Shown here: piece by piece, positions 38,867-50,603 of the stretch
How positions within the stretch are numbered: position 1 is the stretch's first letter
Layout: every line of letters starts with the position of its first letter
Assembly (NCBI GenBank): GCA_965219575.1
Contig: OZ244779.1
Coordinates: 1,452,769-1,516,768 of the forward strand
Source of the DNA: Candidatus Oxydemutatoraceae bacterium
GTDB lineage: Bacteria > Pseudomonadota > Gammaproteobacteria > Poriferisulfidales > Oxydemutatoraceae
Reading direction: 5' to 3'
Length of the DNA stretch: 64,000 nucleotides
The notes under the pieces: generated by a model
Databases searched by the model: none
Told to the model about the DNA's origin: nothing
The model's input: only the letters and a program-made list of their open reading frames with translations
Translations under genes and position numbers: made by a program

Positions 38867-39976
38867 ATGAAAGTTCTACAGGTAGGTAGATTTTATCCCC
38901 TACCGGTAGGTGGCGTAGAACAAGTCATACGCAATATCTTCGAGGGCTTGAATGTCGCCGGTATAAATTGCGATGTGTTGTCATACAGCAGAACCTTTAG
39001 ATCGTCGATCGAAGAGACTGCTACGGGTACAATCTATAGAAGCGCGAGTTTGGGGTGTTTTAGGTCAACTTGGTTAGCACCGTTATTACCTCGGCATCTC
39101 AAGCGACTCGTCGGTAATTACGATGTAATACACTTACATCACCCCGACCCGATGTCTGCTTTGACATTCTTTTTACTAAGACCGAAAGTGAAGTTGGTTT
39201 TTCATTGGCATTGCAATATCGTCAGGCAAAAGATAGGACGCCTGCTGGTTGCGCCGCTGATAAATTGGTTGTTGCGGCGAGCCGATGCGATTATCGTCAC
39301 AACGCCGAGCTATAAGCAAACCCGCCACTTGACAAAATGGTGTGATAAAGTACGCGTAATACCAATCGGTATCGGAGATGAAACCCCACCGATAAATGCC
39401 GAGCGAGTGCGAGCAATTCGCGATACCTATAACAATCGCTTTATCGTATTGGCAGTCGGACGGTTGATATACTACAAAGGTTTTGAATATCTGATCGAAG
39501 CAGCGCACTTGCTGGACGACTCAATTATAATTTTGATAGCCGGTGAGGGTAAGGACAGAAATAAACTGGAGGGATCGATTAAAAAGATGCAAATGCAGGA
39601 GAAGGTAAAGTTGCTCGGTTATTTAGACGAGGCGGATTTAGCGTGTTATTATCGAGCCTGCGATTTATTTTGTATGAGTTCGGTAGCAAATTCCGAGGCC
39701 TTCGGCATCGTACAACTAGAAGCAATGAAATTCGGTAAAGCCATCGTGTCGACGGTAATACCCGAATCCGGTGTGAACTGGGTTAATGCCGATCAAATCA
39801 GCGGTATTAATGTGCAGGCTAAAGACTCCCGAGCACTCGCCGAAGCAATATCGATTCTGCACCGACAACCCGCTTTACGTAAACGTATGAGCGAGCGGGG
39901 TCGGCAACGTTTCCAAGATATGTTCGGCCGCAAACGCATGTGCAGAAGTTTGATGCAACTGTATGAGTCTCTATAG
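38867..39976 (+). CDS. Glycosyltransferase family 4
   Basis: GGVE, VGRLIYYKGF, EAFGIVQLEAM. Confidence 0.92.
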   Translation: MKVLQVGRFYPLPVGGVEQVIRNIFEGLNVAGINCDVLSYSRTFRSSIEETATGTIYRSASLGCFRSTWLAPLLPRHLKRLVGNYDVIHLHHPDPMSALTFFLLRPKVKLVFHWHCNIVRQKIGRLLVAPLINWLLRRADAIIVTTPSYKQTRHLTKWCDKVRVIPIGIGDETPPINAERVRAIRDTYNNRFIVLAVGRLIYYKGFEYLIEAAHLLDDSIIILIAGEGKDRNKLEGSIKKMQMQEKVKLLGYLDEADLACYYRACDLFCMSSVANSEAFGIVQLEAMKFGKAIVSTVIPESGVNWVNADQISGINVQAKDSRALAEAISILHRQPALRKRMSERGRQRFQDMFGRKRMCRSLMQLYESL

Positions 39977-39979
39977 ATA

Positions 39980-40954
39980 ATGAATATCTTAGTTACCGGC
40001 GGAGCGGGTTATGTCGGCAGCCATATCGTATTGCAGCTATCCGATTCCGAACACCGTACGGTTGTATGCGACGATTTATCCAATAGTCGTGAAGAAGCGG
40101 TTATCGGGGCGGAATTCTATCGGATGGATATCGCCGATGTACGAATGGATGCATTATTCAAGCAGCATCACTTCGATGCGGTAATGCATTTTGCGGCATC
40201 GGTTAGTGTGCCCGAATCAATGCAGAATCCCTATAAATATTATGCGAATAATACGGTTGCGACGCTTAAATTACTCGAGCTATGCGCCCGTTATAAAATT
40301 TCTTATTTTATTTTTTCGTCGACCGCAGCGGTCTACGGCATGCCCGATAATATACCCGTAGACGAAGAAGCTCATCCGGTACCGATTAATGCGTACGGTC
40401 ATTCCAAGTTGATGGCCGAGCGGATGGTAATCGATGTTGCCGATCAAGCAGGATTTAAGTATGCCATTTTGCGCTATTTCAATGTTGCCGGGGCAGACTC
40501 GCAAGCTCGTATAGGTCAAAATAGTAAAGAAGCCACTCATTTAATCAAGGTAGCCTGCATGGCGGCGGTAGACCGAGTAGAACATATACAGTTGTACGGA
40601 ACCGATTACGATACTGCGGACGGCACTTGCGTGCGCGATTATATCCATGTGTCGGACATATCGGAGGCACACCTACAGGCTTTAGATTATTTATCGAGAG
40701 GCGGGAAATCGAATATCTTCAACTGCGGTTATGGTATCGGCTATAGCGTCAAAGAGATTTTGAGTGCGGTAAAAGATATCAGCCGGGTAGATTTTAAGGT
40801 CGTAGAAAGCGACCGTAGGGCAGGCGATCCTCCCGAATTGATTGCGAGTAACAACAAGATAAAAAAGATACTAGGATGGCAACCGCGTTATCGGAACCTA
40901 GATAGTATTATAGAAAGTGCTTTGGCTTGGGAACGAAAACTTGCAACCGGGTAA
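39980..40954 (+). CDS. galE: UDP-glucose 4-epimerase
   Basis: TGGAGYVGSH, SSTAAVYG, YGHSK, LRYFNVAGA, RDYIHV. Confidence 0.93.
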   Translation: MNILVTGGAGYVGSHIVLQLSDSEHRTVVCDDLSNSREEAVIGAEFYRMDIADVRMDALFKQHHFDAVMHFAASVSVPESMQNPYKYYANNTVATLKLLELCARYKISYFIFSSTAAVYGMPDNIPVDEEAHPVPINAYGHSKLMAERMVIDVADQAGFKYAILRYFNVAGADSQARIGQNSKEATHLIKVACMAAVDRVEHIQLYGTDYDTADGTCVRDYIHVSDISEAHLQALDYLSRGGKSNIFNCGYGIGYSVKEILSAVKDISRVDFKVVESDRRAGDPPELIASNNKIKKILGWQPRYRNLDSIIESALAWERKLATG

Positions 40955-40995
40955 AACATTCGTCGCACTATTTCCGTAGAATTTCATAAACCGTC

Positions 40996-42072
40996 GTGTC
41001 CGTTTATTTGATTTATATATCGGCTTTTGTCGCCTCTTTTGCATTGACCTATTTATGCTATCGGATATTATTGTCGTGGCGCGTTATGGATTTACCGAAT
41101 AGCAGAAGTTCGCACCTATCTCCGGTACCGCGTGGCGGTGGTATCGCTATTTTGATAACTTTTTTTTTAATCGTCGCTTTGACCGAATTGAGCGATGCAC
41201 CGGATCCCGGCTTTATGCAAGCCTTAACCTTCGGCGGTATCGCTATCGCACTGGTCGGATTTATCGATGATGTCTACAGCTTAAATCCCATCGTCCGTTT
41301 TCTCGCAACCCTATTGGTTACGGTATTGTGTGTCGCACAGATAGGTATGCCGTCGGTTTCGTTCATGGGTTTGACGATGCAACCTTCTCCAATTCTATTC
41401 GTGTGCGAAGTTTTGGCGATATTATGGATACTCAATTTATTTAACTTTATGGACGGTATAGATGCGATTGCATCGCTGGAAGCGATCAGCGTGCTATTGA
41501 TTGCCGTCGCGTTATTGTTGCTGGCTCCGAGCTATGAATCGTCTCGTAATCAAGTTGAGATTTTACTTATAATTGCTTTTGCTACGGCAGGTTTTTTGGT
41601 ATGGAATTGGCCGCCGGCAAAAATTTTCATGGGGGATGTAAGCAGTAGCTTTTTAGGTTTTGTGCTGGCGTTGTTCGCAGTGCAAACTTCGATAGAGCAA
41701 ACGATGAATGTCTGGGTTTGGCTCATTTTATTAGGTGTGTTTTTTATGGATGCGACCGTCACGATTGTTTTACGCGTATTCGATAAGCAAAAATTTTATC
41801 GGGCGCACCGCCAGCATGTCTATCAGCGTCTGGCGTTATATTTTCAGAAAAACAAAGTGACCGAAGCGGAGCAGGCGAGAGCTTATGCACACAAAACGGT
41901 ATCCTTAATCGTCGTTGCAATTAACTTTTTATGGTTGGCACCTTGGGCTTATATGGCGAAGCGACACCCCGAGCAAGCGATGCTATATGCACTGATTTCA
42001 TTGACACCTTTATCGGTATTGCTTATATTAGCACATCGTAGATTTCCGTCGGAATACGCCGACCACAAATGA
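40996..42072 (+). CDS. MraY/WecA-family polyprenyl-phosphate sugar-1-P transferase (WbpL-like)
   Basis: RSSH..PVPRGGG, NLFNFMDGID, IFMGDV, AHRQHVYQ. Confidence 0.9.
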   Translation: MSVYLIYISAFVASFALTYLCYRILLSWRVMDLPNSRSSHLSPVPRGGGIAILITFFLIVALTELSDAPDPGFMQALTFGGIAIALVGFIDDVYSLNPIVRFLATLLVTVLCVAQIGMPSVSFMGLTMQPSPILFVCEVLAILWILNLFNFMDGIDAIASLEAISVLLIAVALLLLAPSYESSRNQVEILLIIAFATAGFLVWNWPPAKIFMGDVSSSFLGFVLALFAVQTSIEQTMNVWVWLILLGVFFMDATVTIVLRVFDKQKFYRAHRQHVYQRLALYFQKNKVTEAEQARAYAHKTVSLIVVAINFLWLAPWAYMAKRHPEQAMLYALISLTPLSVLLILAHRRFPSEYADHK

Positions 42073-43943
42073 CAATGGATAAAATACTAGAGCGATTACT
42101 TCAATTACCCAGAATTTTCAAGAAAATTATTCTAGCCACCTCGGATATCGTAATCAGCTTATTTGCCTTAGAGATTGCATTTTTAATGCGGCTGGAAGAG
42201 TGGGTTAGGGTGGACGGCAAATGGTTCCCGTTATTCGTGCTAACGCCTTTGCTCACACTGCTTGTCTTTTACTTACTCGGCTTATATAGGACGGTTATCA
42301 GGCATGTCTCTTTGGATGCCGTCATTCGCATTATCGCAGCGGTGGGTGCCGTCTCCGTTTTAATCTGGACTATCAATTACTTTTTCCTGAAGGTGCCCGG
42401 ATTGCCGCGCTCTTTGATTGCCATTTTCGGTTTGGTACTCTTGAGTTTGGTACTCGGTAGTCGTATCGCAATGTATTTAATTTCGTTTTGGGAACTAAAA
42501 GAAAGAAAAAGAAAGATACCGGTTGCTATCTACGGCGCCAACAAAATCGGTATACAACTTGCCACTTTATGGAAAGGTATAGACTCCGATTATCGACCGT
42601 TGTTTTTCATAGACGAGCGCGCGGAAAAGCAATCTCAAGAGGTGGGTGGATTGCGTATCTATCCGTTGCAATCGTTGGCAAAACAACTGACTAAATATCG
42701 CGTCAAAGATATTTTTGTAGCCTGGTCTCCCGACACACTCGACGAGCGCATAGCAATACTCGATAAACTCAGTTCGTATCCGGTCAAAGTTAAAATATTG
42801 CCGGCTGCACCGAAACCCGGATTTAGAGCGCAAGATCTTAAACCGATGAAAATAGAGGATTTAATGGAACGCAATAGAGTGCCGCCTATTCAAACGCTAT
42901 TGGAACGAGATATAAAGGCCAATAATGTATTGGTCACCGGTGCCGGAGGCTCTATCGGGAGCCGGTTGTGCGAGCAAATCATACGCTTGCATCCCGATAA
43001 GCTATTCGTCGTGGAGCAGTCGGAATACGCATTATTTCGTCTGCTAAACCGTCTGAAGAATATAAAGCCGGCGATCCAAACAGAGATAGTATCTTTTTTG
43101 GAATCGGCAAGCAACCGCCACTTCGTAGACAAATTATTAGCGCAAAACCACATCGATGTAATCTATCATGTCGCAGCTTATAAGCACGTACCGTTGGTAG
43201 AGGAGAACATGATCAGCGGTATTGCCAACAATGTTTTGAGTACCCAAATCATTGCCGAATCGGCACTACGGCATAAAGCGGGTTGCTTGGTATTGATTTC
43301 TACCGACAAAGCCGTGCAACCGGTGAGTATTATGGGCGCGAGCAAACGGTTGGCGGAAATGATAATACAATCGTTGGCTTCGCACGATAATAAAACGCGC
43401 CTGTGTGCGGTACGTTTCGGCAATGTGATGGGGAGTTCGGGGTCGGTGATACCGCTATTTCAAGAACAAATCAATAAACGCGAAGCGATTCATGTAACCG
43501 ACCCCGACGCAGAACGTTATTTTATGACGATAGAGGAGGCAGCGCAGTTGATCATCCAAGCCGGTGCTATGGGCAGCAAAGGAGAGATATTTTTATTGGA
43601 CATGGGAGAAGCTATTAATATACTGGAGATGGCTAAGAAGATGGTGCATCTGAGCGGTCTGGAGATCAAAGAAAACGGACAAGGCGATATTGAGATTATC
43701 TATACCGGTTTGCGCCCCGGAGAAAAACTGAAAGAGCAACTGTATAGTAGCTCGGATATTCGCGCAACCGAGCATCCTAAAATAAAGCAAACTACCGAAG
43801 CTGTCGAAGATTGGGAGCAATTATCGCTTGCATTGTCGAATTTATACCTATATATCGAACAAAGAGATGCAAATAAAATTGAGAAATTAATCGCAGACAT
43901 GGTACCATCTTATAAGCCCAACACGACACGGAGAAACGAATGA
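42069..43943 (+). CDS. Membrane-bound nucleotide-sugar 4,6-dehydratase (WbpM/CapD/PglF-like)
   Basis: [42 protein letters not shown]. Confidence 0.93.
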   Translation: MTMDKILERLLQLPRIFKKIILATSDIVISLFALEIAFLMRLEEWVRVDGKWFPLFVLTPLLTLLVFYLLGLYRTVIRHVSLDAVIRIIAAVGAVSVLIWTINYFFLKVPGLPRSLIAIFGLVLLSLVLGSRIAMYLISFWELKERKRKIPVAIYGANKIGIQLATLWKGIDSDYRPLFFIDERAEKQSQEVGGLRIYPLQSLAKQLTKYRVKDIFVAWSPDTLDERIAILDKLSSYPVKVKILPAAPKPGFRAQDLKPMKIEDLMERNRVPPIQTLLERDIKANNVLVTGAGGSIGSRLCEQIIRLHPDKLFVVEQSEYALFRLLNRLKNIKPAIQTEIVSFLESASNRHFVDKLLAQNHIDVIYHVAAYKHVPLVEENMISGIANNVLSTQIIAESALRHKAGCLVLISTDKAVQPVSIMGASKRLAEMIIQSLASHDNKTRLCAVRFGNVMGSSGSVIPLFQEQINKREAIHVTDPDAERYFMTIEEAAQLIIQAGAMGSKGEIFLLDMGEAINILEMAKKMVHLSGLEIKENGQGDIEIIYTGLRPGEKLKEQLYSSSDIRATEHPKIKQTTEAVEDWEQLSLALSNLYLYIEQRDANKIEKLIADMVPSYKPNTTRRNE

Positions 43944-45265
43944 CTAAGCAAAAAGTATATGTCAAGACGCACGGTTGCCAGATGAACGAATACGATTCGG
44001 CAAAAATTTACGATTTGCTACATCATTCGGATGGGTTTTGCAAAGCCGAAACCGGGGAAGAGGCCGATATACTATTGCTGAACACCTGTTCGGTACGAGA
44101 AAAAGCACAAGAGAAAGTGTTTTCGGAGCTAGGTCGCTGGCGAGCTATCAAAGAAGCCAAGCCGAATGTGTTGATCGGTGTCGGAGGCTGTGTTGCAAGC
44201 CAAGAAGGAGAACATCTAGCGCGTCGCGCCCCGCAAGTCGATATCGTCTTCGGTCCTCAAACAATCCATCGTTTACCGGATTTAATCGAGCGAGCGAGAC
44301 GCAGCACAATACCGATAATCGATATCGCTTTTCCCGAGATAGAGAAATTCGACAACTTGGTCAAACCGCATGTCGACGGACCCGGTGCTTTTGTTTCTAT
44401 CATGGAAGGGTGCGACAAGTATTGCAGTTTTTGTGTGGTGCCTTATACCCGAGGCAAAGAAATCAGTCGCCCGCTCGACGGCATACTGGATGAAATCAAG
44501 CTGTTGACCGAGCAGGGTGTACGCGAGATTACCCTGCTCGGACAAAATGTCAACGGTTATTATCGAGAGGAGCGGAAAGGCACGGTTGACTTTGCGTTAT
44601 TGTTATATTACATCGCAGCACTCGGCACGGTAGAGAGAATAAGATATACCACTTCGCACCCTATAGAATTTAACGACGGATTGGTACAAGCACACGCCGA
44701 TATTCCTCAGCTGATGCCGCATTGCCATCTGCCGGTACAAAGCGGTTCGGATCGTATTTTGGCGGCAATGAAACGCGGCTATACGGTATTGGAATACAAA
44801 AACATTATTCGCAAACTCAAAAATGCATGTCCGAATATTTCCATAACTTCCGATTTTATCGTGGGTTTTCCGGGTGAGGAAGAAAAAGACTTTGAAAAAA
44901 CTATGGAATTGATAGAATATGTCGTCTATGACCAGTCATTTAGTTTTTTATATAGTATGCGCCCCGGCACGCCGGCCGCCTATCTACAAGACACGGTGTC
45001 CGTAGAAGTCAAAAAAGCACGCCTGAAAAAATTGCAAGCGCGTATCGATGAAATGGCTCGTGGATTTTCCGAAGCGATGGTAGGCACTATTCAAAAAGTT
45101 TTAGTAAGCGGTTATTCCAAAAAAAGTAAAACGCAACTCTGTGGTCGTACCGAGAATAATCGTGTCGTCAACTTCGACGGCGATGCCGGCCTGATAGGAA
45201 AAATTCATCGTGTCGAGATTACTCAAGCGATGTCTAATTCGCTTCGCGGTACATTACTAACATAG
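43940..45265 (+). CDS. miaB: tRNA ms2i6A37 methylthiotransferase
   Basis: [24 protein letters not shown] radical-SAM motif, TRAM domain. Confidence 0.97.
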   Translation: MTKQKVYVKTHGCQMNEYDSAKIYDLLHHSDGFCKAETGEEADILLLNTCSVREKAQEKVFSELGRWRAIKEAKPNVLIGVGGCVASQEGEHLARRAPQVDIVFGPQTIHRLPDLIERARRSTIPIIDIAFPEIEKFDNLVKPHVDGPGAFVSIMEGCDKYCSFCVVPYTRGKEISRPLDGILDEIKLLTEQGVREITLLGQNVNGYYREERKGTVDFALLLYYIAALGTVERIRYTTSHPIEFNDGLVQAHADIPQLMPHCHLPVQSGSDRILAAMKRGYTVLEYKNIIRKLKNACPNISITSDFIVGFPGEEEKDFEKTMELIEYVVYDQSFSFLYSMRPGTPAAYLQDTVSVEVKKARLKKLQARIDEMARGFSEAMVGTIQKVLVSGYSKKSKTQLCGRTENNRVVNFDGDAGLIGKIHRVEITQAMSNSLRGTLLT

Positions 45266-45282
45266 GGAGATTGTAAAAGCCT

Positions 45283-46248
45283 TTGGACGCTCAACCGGGT
45301 AATGCAGAGCTCGTTATACTAGAGCCTGCGAACCTATCAAAAATTGCCAGCCTCTGTGGCCCTTTGAACGAGCATATTCAGCAACTCGAACGACACTGCG
45401 GAGTACGCATCAGTCATCACGGTAACGAGTTTGCCATTCGCGGCAAACGAGCCTCCAGGCAAGTCGTAGCGCATCTGCTAAAACAGCTCTATCGTAAAGC
45501 CGATAAAGAATTGACGATAAACGATATTTTTATCAGCCTCCAGAAAAGCTCCATAGCGGAAATCGAGCATGATTCCGAGGCGAATCTCGTTGAAATTAAA
45601 ACCAAGCAAAAGAAAATAAGGGCGCAAGGAGATCATCAACGTATGTATATACGGAACATGAATCGGAACGACTTGAATTTGGTCTTCGGTCCGGCCGGCA
45701 CCGGTAAGACCTACTTAGCCGTTGCCAAGGCGGTAGAGACTTTAGACTCCGGTGTCGTCGATAAATTGATTTTAGTGAGACCGGTAGTGGAGGCAGGAGA
45801 GAATTTAGGCTTTTTACCGGGAGATTTATCGCAAAAAATAGACCCTTACTTGCGACCGGTGTACGATGCATTACACGAGTTTTTAGGGACGAGCAAAGTG
45901 AACCGCTTGATAGAGGACGGTACCATAGAAATTGCACCGCTTGCTTATATGCGCGGACGCTCGCTGACCAATGCGTTTATTATTTTAGACGAAGCTCAAA
46001 ACACGACGGTTGAACAAATGAAAATGTTTTTGACGCGTATCAGTTTCGGATCCAAAGGTGTAGTCGCCGGCGATATCACGCAGATAGATTTACCCAAAAC
46101 ACAAAAATCGGGGTTTGTGCATGCTTTGCCGTTATTAAAAAATATACCGGGCATTGCAATCAATAGCTTGGAAGCCGACGACATCGTGCGCCATCCACTG
46201 GTGCGTAAGATAATCGAAGCATACAAGGAGCAAGACGCACAAAGATGA
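45283..46248 (+). CDS. phoH: PhoH-family ATPase (YbeZ)
   Basis: GPAGTGKTYLA, LGFLPGD, LAYMRGR, DEAQN. Confidence 0.93.
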   Translation: MDAQPGNAELVILEPANLSKIASLCGPLNEHIQQLERHCGVRISHHGNEFAIRGKRASRQVVAHLLKQLYRKADKELTINDIFISLQKSSIAEIEHDSEANLVEIKTKQKKIRAQGDHQRMYIRNMNRNDLNLVFGPAGTGKTYLAVAKAVETLDSGVVDKLILVRPVVEAGENLGFLPGDLSQKIDPYLRPVYDALHEFLGTSKVNRLIEDGTIEIAPLAYMRGRSLTNAFIILDEAQNTTVEQMKMFLTRISFGSKGVVAGDITQIDLPKTQKSGFVHALPLLKNIPGIAINSLEADDIVRHPLVRKIIEAYKEQDAQR

Positions 46249-46715
46249 TGCCTCGTGTAAGTATCCAAATTGAATCGGAGAGTTGCGACTCATCCGAAGT
46301 TCCCGATAACAAAAACTTCGGACATTGGGCGGCAGCAACTATCGAGCCGTCCGCCGAAGTCGGGGTACGCATCGTCGGTAGTGCGGAAGGGAGACGCTAC
46401 AACCGACGATATCGTCATAAAGATTATGCGACGAATGTATTATCGTTTCCGTTCGAGACACATGTTTTCGAGGAACAAAATTATTTGGGGGATGTATTGA
46501 TGACTGCATCGGTTATCGTGCAAGAAGCACGAGCGCAGAATAAACCGCTACTCTCGCACTGGGCACATCTATTCATACACGCACTTTTGCATTTGCAAGG
46601 CTATCGGCACGATAGCGATACAGAAGCTCGTGCGATGGAAGCACAAGAAAGCAAGATTATGGCGACTTTGGGTTTTCCCGACCCTTGGTCGTGCGACTCT
46701 AATGAACCTAAATAG
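46245..46715 (+). CDS. ybeY: rRNA maturation RNase YbeY
   Basis: YRHKDYATNVLSFP, HALLHLQGYRH. Confidence 0.93.
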   Translation: MMPRVSIQIESESCDSSEVPDNKNFGHWAAATIEPSAEVGVRIVGSAEGRRYNRRYRHKDYATNVLSFPFETHVFEEQNYLGDVLMTASVIVQEARAQNKPLLSHWAHLFIHALLHLQGYRHDSDTEARAMEAQESKIMATLGFPDPWSCDSNEPK

Positions 46716-46724
46716 GAGAACCGT

Positions 46725-47537
46725 ATGAACAACATAGAACCGTATATTACATTGTTCAAAAATTTGTTGGCTAAAAAGTCCACGGATTTGTCCGTTGCGA
46801 TAGAAGCACTAAAACAAGCCGACGAACAAAATTTATTGAACGCCAATACGCTGTCGATGATAAAGGGGATATTCGATGTCGGTGAGATGCATGTACGAGA
46901 GGTCATGGTGCCTAGATCGAAGATGATATGCATCTCCTATAAATCGGACTTGGAAGATATTATGAATACCGTGATCGGTAGCGGACATTCGCGATTCCCG
47001 GTCAGCAACGACGATTTGGACGATATCAGAGGCATTCTGCTTGCCAAGGATTTATTGCCGATATTAAAAGATCGGCAAGACAAGCTAAACCTCGACGATA
47101 TTATCAGGCAGCCGGTAATCATACCGGACAGTAAACGCTTGAATGTCCTACTGGCGGAGTTTCGAAAGAGCCGTCACCACATGGCAATCGTGGTCGACGA
47201 ATACGGCGGAGTTTGTGGTTTGGTGACCATAGAAGATGTGCTGGAGCAGATTGTCGGCGATATCAGCGACGAACACGATGCACAACACGAGCACTATATA
47301 TACAACCACGGCGATCAGAGTTATTCGGTGAAGGCATTTACGCCCATAGACTATTTCAATCGCTACTTCACGGTCAAAGTCCGCACCAAAGAGACGACGA
47401 TAGGCGGCATGGTGATGGAACGATTAGGGCATATCCCTAATCGAGACGAGAGCTTGGAGATAGAAGGGCTGTTGCTCAAAGTAAGCAAAGCAAATACACG
47501 CACGGTTGAGTTATTGGATGTTAAGCGAATCAGTTGA
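46725..47537 (+). CDS. corC: CBS-domain CorC/YbeX protein
   Basis: [32 protein letters not shown]; ybeY-corC-lnt context. Confidence 0.9.
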   Translation: MNNIEPYITLFKNLLAKKSTDLSVAIEALKQADEQNLLNANTLSMIKGIFDVGEMHVREVMVPRSKMICISYKSDLEDIMNTVIGSGHSRFPVSNDDLDDIRGILLAKDLLPILKDRQDKLNLDDIIRQPVIIPDSKRLNVLLAEFRKSRHHMAIVVDEYGGVCGLVTIEDVLEQIVGDISDEHDAQHEHYIYNHGDQSYSVKAFTPIDYFNRYFTVKVRTKETTIGGMVMERLGHIPNRDESLEIEGLLLKVSKANTRTVELLDVKRIS

Positions 47538-47541
47538 ATCA

Positions 47542-47614
47542 CCGATTGAGCCGGTGGGTCAATCGGCAATTTTGATGTCCGCCCCTACGGTTTATGGATA
47601 CTTTTTCAATAGCC
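47542..47614. repeat. Composite repeat remnant G (hairpin III, half GTAG-REP, right terminus)
   Basis: CCGATTGAGCCGGTGGGTCAATCGG, GTCCGCCCCTAC at 47577-47588, and GGATACTTTTTCAATAGCCC. Confidence 0.75.
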
Positions 47615-47643
47615 CTATAAAATCATAATTGCAGAAACCCGCT

Positions 47644-49131
47644 ATGTTGCGTTTGGGCATCTTAAATATCGGCGCGGGCGGGTTAATCCTTTTAGCATTT
47701 GCCCCGTGGTCATGGTATCCGGCTGCTATTTTGGCACTCGCCTCGGTATTGCCGGGTTGGCTGAACAACACCCCTAAACAAACATTCAAACTCGGGTATT
47801 TGTTCGGCTTTACCTATTCCTTGGGAAGCAGTTATTGGATTTATTACAGTTTTCACGATTACGGACAGGCTCCGGTGTTTCTTGCCGTATTATCGGCAGT
47901 TTTGCTCGCTGCTATTCTATCGTTATTTTTTGCCTTGGTCGCAAGCCTGATGTCGTATTATCGCCGCTATCACGGAATGTGCATTTATTTACTGATATTT
48001 CCGGCGTTATGGGTCGCAATGGAGTGGGGACGAAGTGCATTGTTTGTCGGGTTTCCGTGGAATTTATTGGGACAAGCCCTCGTAGACTCACCGTGGCGCG
48101 GTGTTTTGCCGATATTCGGTATCTTAGGTGGCAGTGTATTGGTGGCAATTTGTGCGGGAAGCGTCGTTTATTTTTTCAAACTAAAAGGTCGCAGTAAAAT
48201 AATTTTAGCTTCGTTTCTGGTCGTGTTTTTATCGGCAACGGCGACACTGCAAACTATAGAATGGACACAAGCGACCACAGATAGCTTGAAGACATCGGTA
48301 ATACAAGCGAATATCCCTCAAAAATTAAAGTTTGATAGACCCTATTTTGAAAAGTTGATGAACCGATACTTGAGTTTAAGCGCGCGGCAAATGAACAGCG
48401 ATTTAATTTTATGGCCGGAGACGGCAATTCCGGTTTATGCCGATATGCTCGATAAACAAATCCTATCTTTGCGCGAACAATTCGATAAAAATAACACCGT
48501 CTTAGTGACGGGTATTTTTTACCGAGATAAGGAACAAGCGAAGCGTTATAATAGCCTGATGAATATCAACAGCAACCGCTTTTATCACAAACAAAGATTA
48601 GTGCCTTTCGGTGAATACATCCCGATGCGAACACTTTTTGAAGTGTTTTCAAAATGGATTATAATTCCGATGTCGGATTTGCATTCGGCAAATATGACAC
48701 CGATTCTGAATGTATCGGGTTATACCGCAGGCGTTTCTATTTGTTACGAGGTCGCCTTCGCAGACGATGTTGCCGATAGTTTGCCGATGGCCGATTTTCT
48801 TATCAATGTCAGCAACGATTCGTGGTTCGGCGATTCATCGGCACCGCATCAGATGTTGCAAATGGCGCGTGTACGCGCAGCCGAAAACGAGCGATTTATG
48901 GTACGGGCGACCAATACCGGTATATCCGCAATAATAGACCCTCGCGGGCGCATTATCGAATACAGTGAATTATTCGAAGTAGGAACGATTAGCTACGATA
49001 TTACGATGAGAACGGGGCTTACCCCGTATGCGCAATGGCGCAACATTCCGATACTGATTTTTATTACGACATCGTTGCTCGTCGCTTACTTTTTTAATTT
49101 ATATACGAATAGAACCAGGGGGAAACTATAA
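47644..49131 (+). CDS. lnt: Apolipoprotein N-acyltransferase (start uncertain)
   Basis: GFPW, WPETA, KQRLVPFGEYIP, ICYE, SNDSWFG, RATNTGIS. Confidence 0.95.
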   Translation: MLRLGILNIGAGGLILLAFAPWSWYPAAILALASVLPGWLNNTPKQTFKLGYLFGFTYSLGSSYWIYYSFHDYGQAPVFLAVLSAVLLAAILSLFFALVASLMSYYRRYHGMCIYLLIFPALWVAMEWGRSALFVGFPWNLLGQALVDSPWRGVLPIFGILGGSVLVAICAGSVVYFFKLKGRSKIILASFLVVFLSATATLQTIEWTQATTDSLKTSVIQANIPQKLKFDRPYFEKLMNRYLSLSARQMNSDLILWPETAIPVYADMLDKQILSLREQFDKNNTVLVTGIFYRDKEQAKRYNSLMNINSNRFYHKQRLVPFGEYIPMRTLFEVFSKWIIIPMSDLHSANMTPILNVSGYTAGVSICYEVAFADDVADSLPMADFLINVSNDSWFGDSSAPHQMLQMARVRAAENERFMVRATNTGISAIIDPRGRIIEYSELFEVGTISYDITMRTGLTPYAQWRNIPILIFITTSLLVAYFFNLYTNRTRGKL

Positions 49132-49133
49132 CA

Positions 49134-50603
49134 ATGAGTACGAAATGTATACCGATTATCTTAAGCGGTGGCTCCGGCACCCGCCTGTGGCCACTGTCTC
49201 GACATCATTATCCGAAACAATTTATACCTTTATTCGATAACAAAAGCCTATTTTCTCGTACGGTTGAGCGAGTTATACCTTTGGATCCCGAGCATGTCGT
49301 TGTAGTCTGCAATGAAAAACATCGTTTTATGGCTTTAGAAAACCTGCATGTGGCAGGAATAAAAAATTGTACCGTCATTGCCGAACCCGCATCGCATAAC
49401 ACTGCACCGGCAATTGCACTGGCAGCTTTTTGGTTACGCGCCCGCTTTCCGGATAGTGCTATGCTGGTACTACCTTCGGATCATTATATGGAAGAGGACG
49501 GTTTTAGCGATTATATCGATGACGAATTAATCGCTGCGACGGCAAATGATTTTATAACTTTCGGTATCAAACCTACGCGACCCGAGACCGGTTATGGCTA
49601 TATAGAAGTAGCAAACGGAACAGTACGAACGGACAATAAAGACAGGCAAGTAAATAGCCGGCTTGCTCGAGTCCTTAAATTCGTAGAAAAACCGAAGCTG
49701 GAAGATGCCGAAAGATATATCAAAAACGTATCGTATTACTGGAATAGCGGAATTTTTCTCATCAAAACCGGTCATTATTTATCGGCTCTGCAAGCTCATC
49801 GAGCGGATATTTATAAAGCCAGCGATGAAGCGTTATCCGAAGGTAAACAAGCAGTTATCGACGATTATTATGTTGTCAATCCCCATCCCGAGAGTTTCTC
49901 TCGAAACCCCGATATATCGATAGATTATGCCGTCATGGAGCGAGTTGATAATATCCGCCTATGTCCTTTGAGTATCTACTGGTCGGATTTAGGCACTTGG
50001 CAGGCATTTTCCGAAATTCAAGGCACCGACGGCAATAACAATGTCTTAAGCGGCAAAGGTGATACCGTTGTTGAAGATTCTAGAGATAATATCGTTTATG
50101 CCGGCAACAGACTCGTTGCATGCTTGGGGATAAAGAACCAGTTAATCGCAGAAACAAAAGATGCCATACTCGTCGCCGATCGTTCGCGCGGGCAAGAAAT
50201 AAAACAACTGGTCGACAAACTAAGAGCCGATGAATATAGCGAGAGCGATTTACACGCGAAAGTATATCGTCCATGGGGATCTTACGAGTCGGTAGATCAA
50301 GGAACGAATTTCCAAGTCAAGCGAATCATCGTCAAACCGGGGCATAAATTATCGCTACAAAGTCATCGATACCGAGCCGAGCATTGGGTAATCGTCGAAG
50401 GAAAAGCTAAAGTGACCCTAAACGACGAAGTGCTCGATTTAGAAGTCAACCAATCGGTCTATATTCCGATCGGTGCAAAACATCGATTGGAGAACGAAAG
50501 CGCGACCGAGTCTCTGCATTTGATAGAAGTTCAGTGTGGTGGTTATTTGGGGGAGGACGATATCACACGCTACGAGGATAGCTACGGGCGCATCGATGAG
50601 TGA
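49134..50603 (+). CDS. manC: Mannose-1-phosphate guanylyltransferase / phosphomannose isomerase
   Basis: GGSGTRLWPLSR, FVEKP, WNSGIF, cupin RPWG..SLQSH..RAEHW. Confidence 0.93.
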   Translation: MSTKCIPIILSGGSGTRLWPLSRHHYPKQFIPLFDNKSLFSRTVERVIPLDPEHVVVVCNEKHRFMALENLHVAGIKNCTVIAEPASHNTAPAIALAAFWLRARFPDSAMLVLPSDHYMEEDGFSDYIDDELIAATANDFITFGIKPTRPETGYGYIEVANGTVRTDNKDRQVNSRLARVLKFVEKPKLEDAERYIKNVSYYWNSGIFLIKTGHYLSALQAHRADIYKASDEALSEGKQAVIDDYYVVNPHPESFSRNPDISIDYAVMERVDNIRLCPLSIYWSDLGTWQAFSEIQGTDGNNNVLSGKGDTVVEDSRDNIVYAGNRLVACLGIKNQLIAETKDAILVADRSRGQEIKQLVDKLRADEYSESDLHAKVYRPWGSYESVDQGTNFQVKRIIVKPGHKLSLQSHRYRAEHWVIVEGKAKVTLNDEVLDLEVNQSVYIPIGAKHRLENESATESLHLIEVQCGGYLGEDDITRYEDSYGRIDE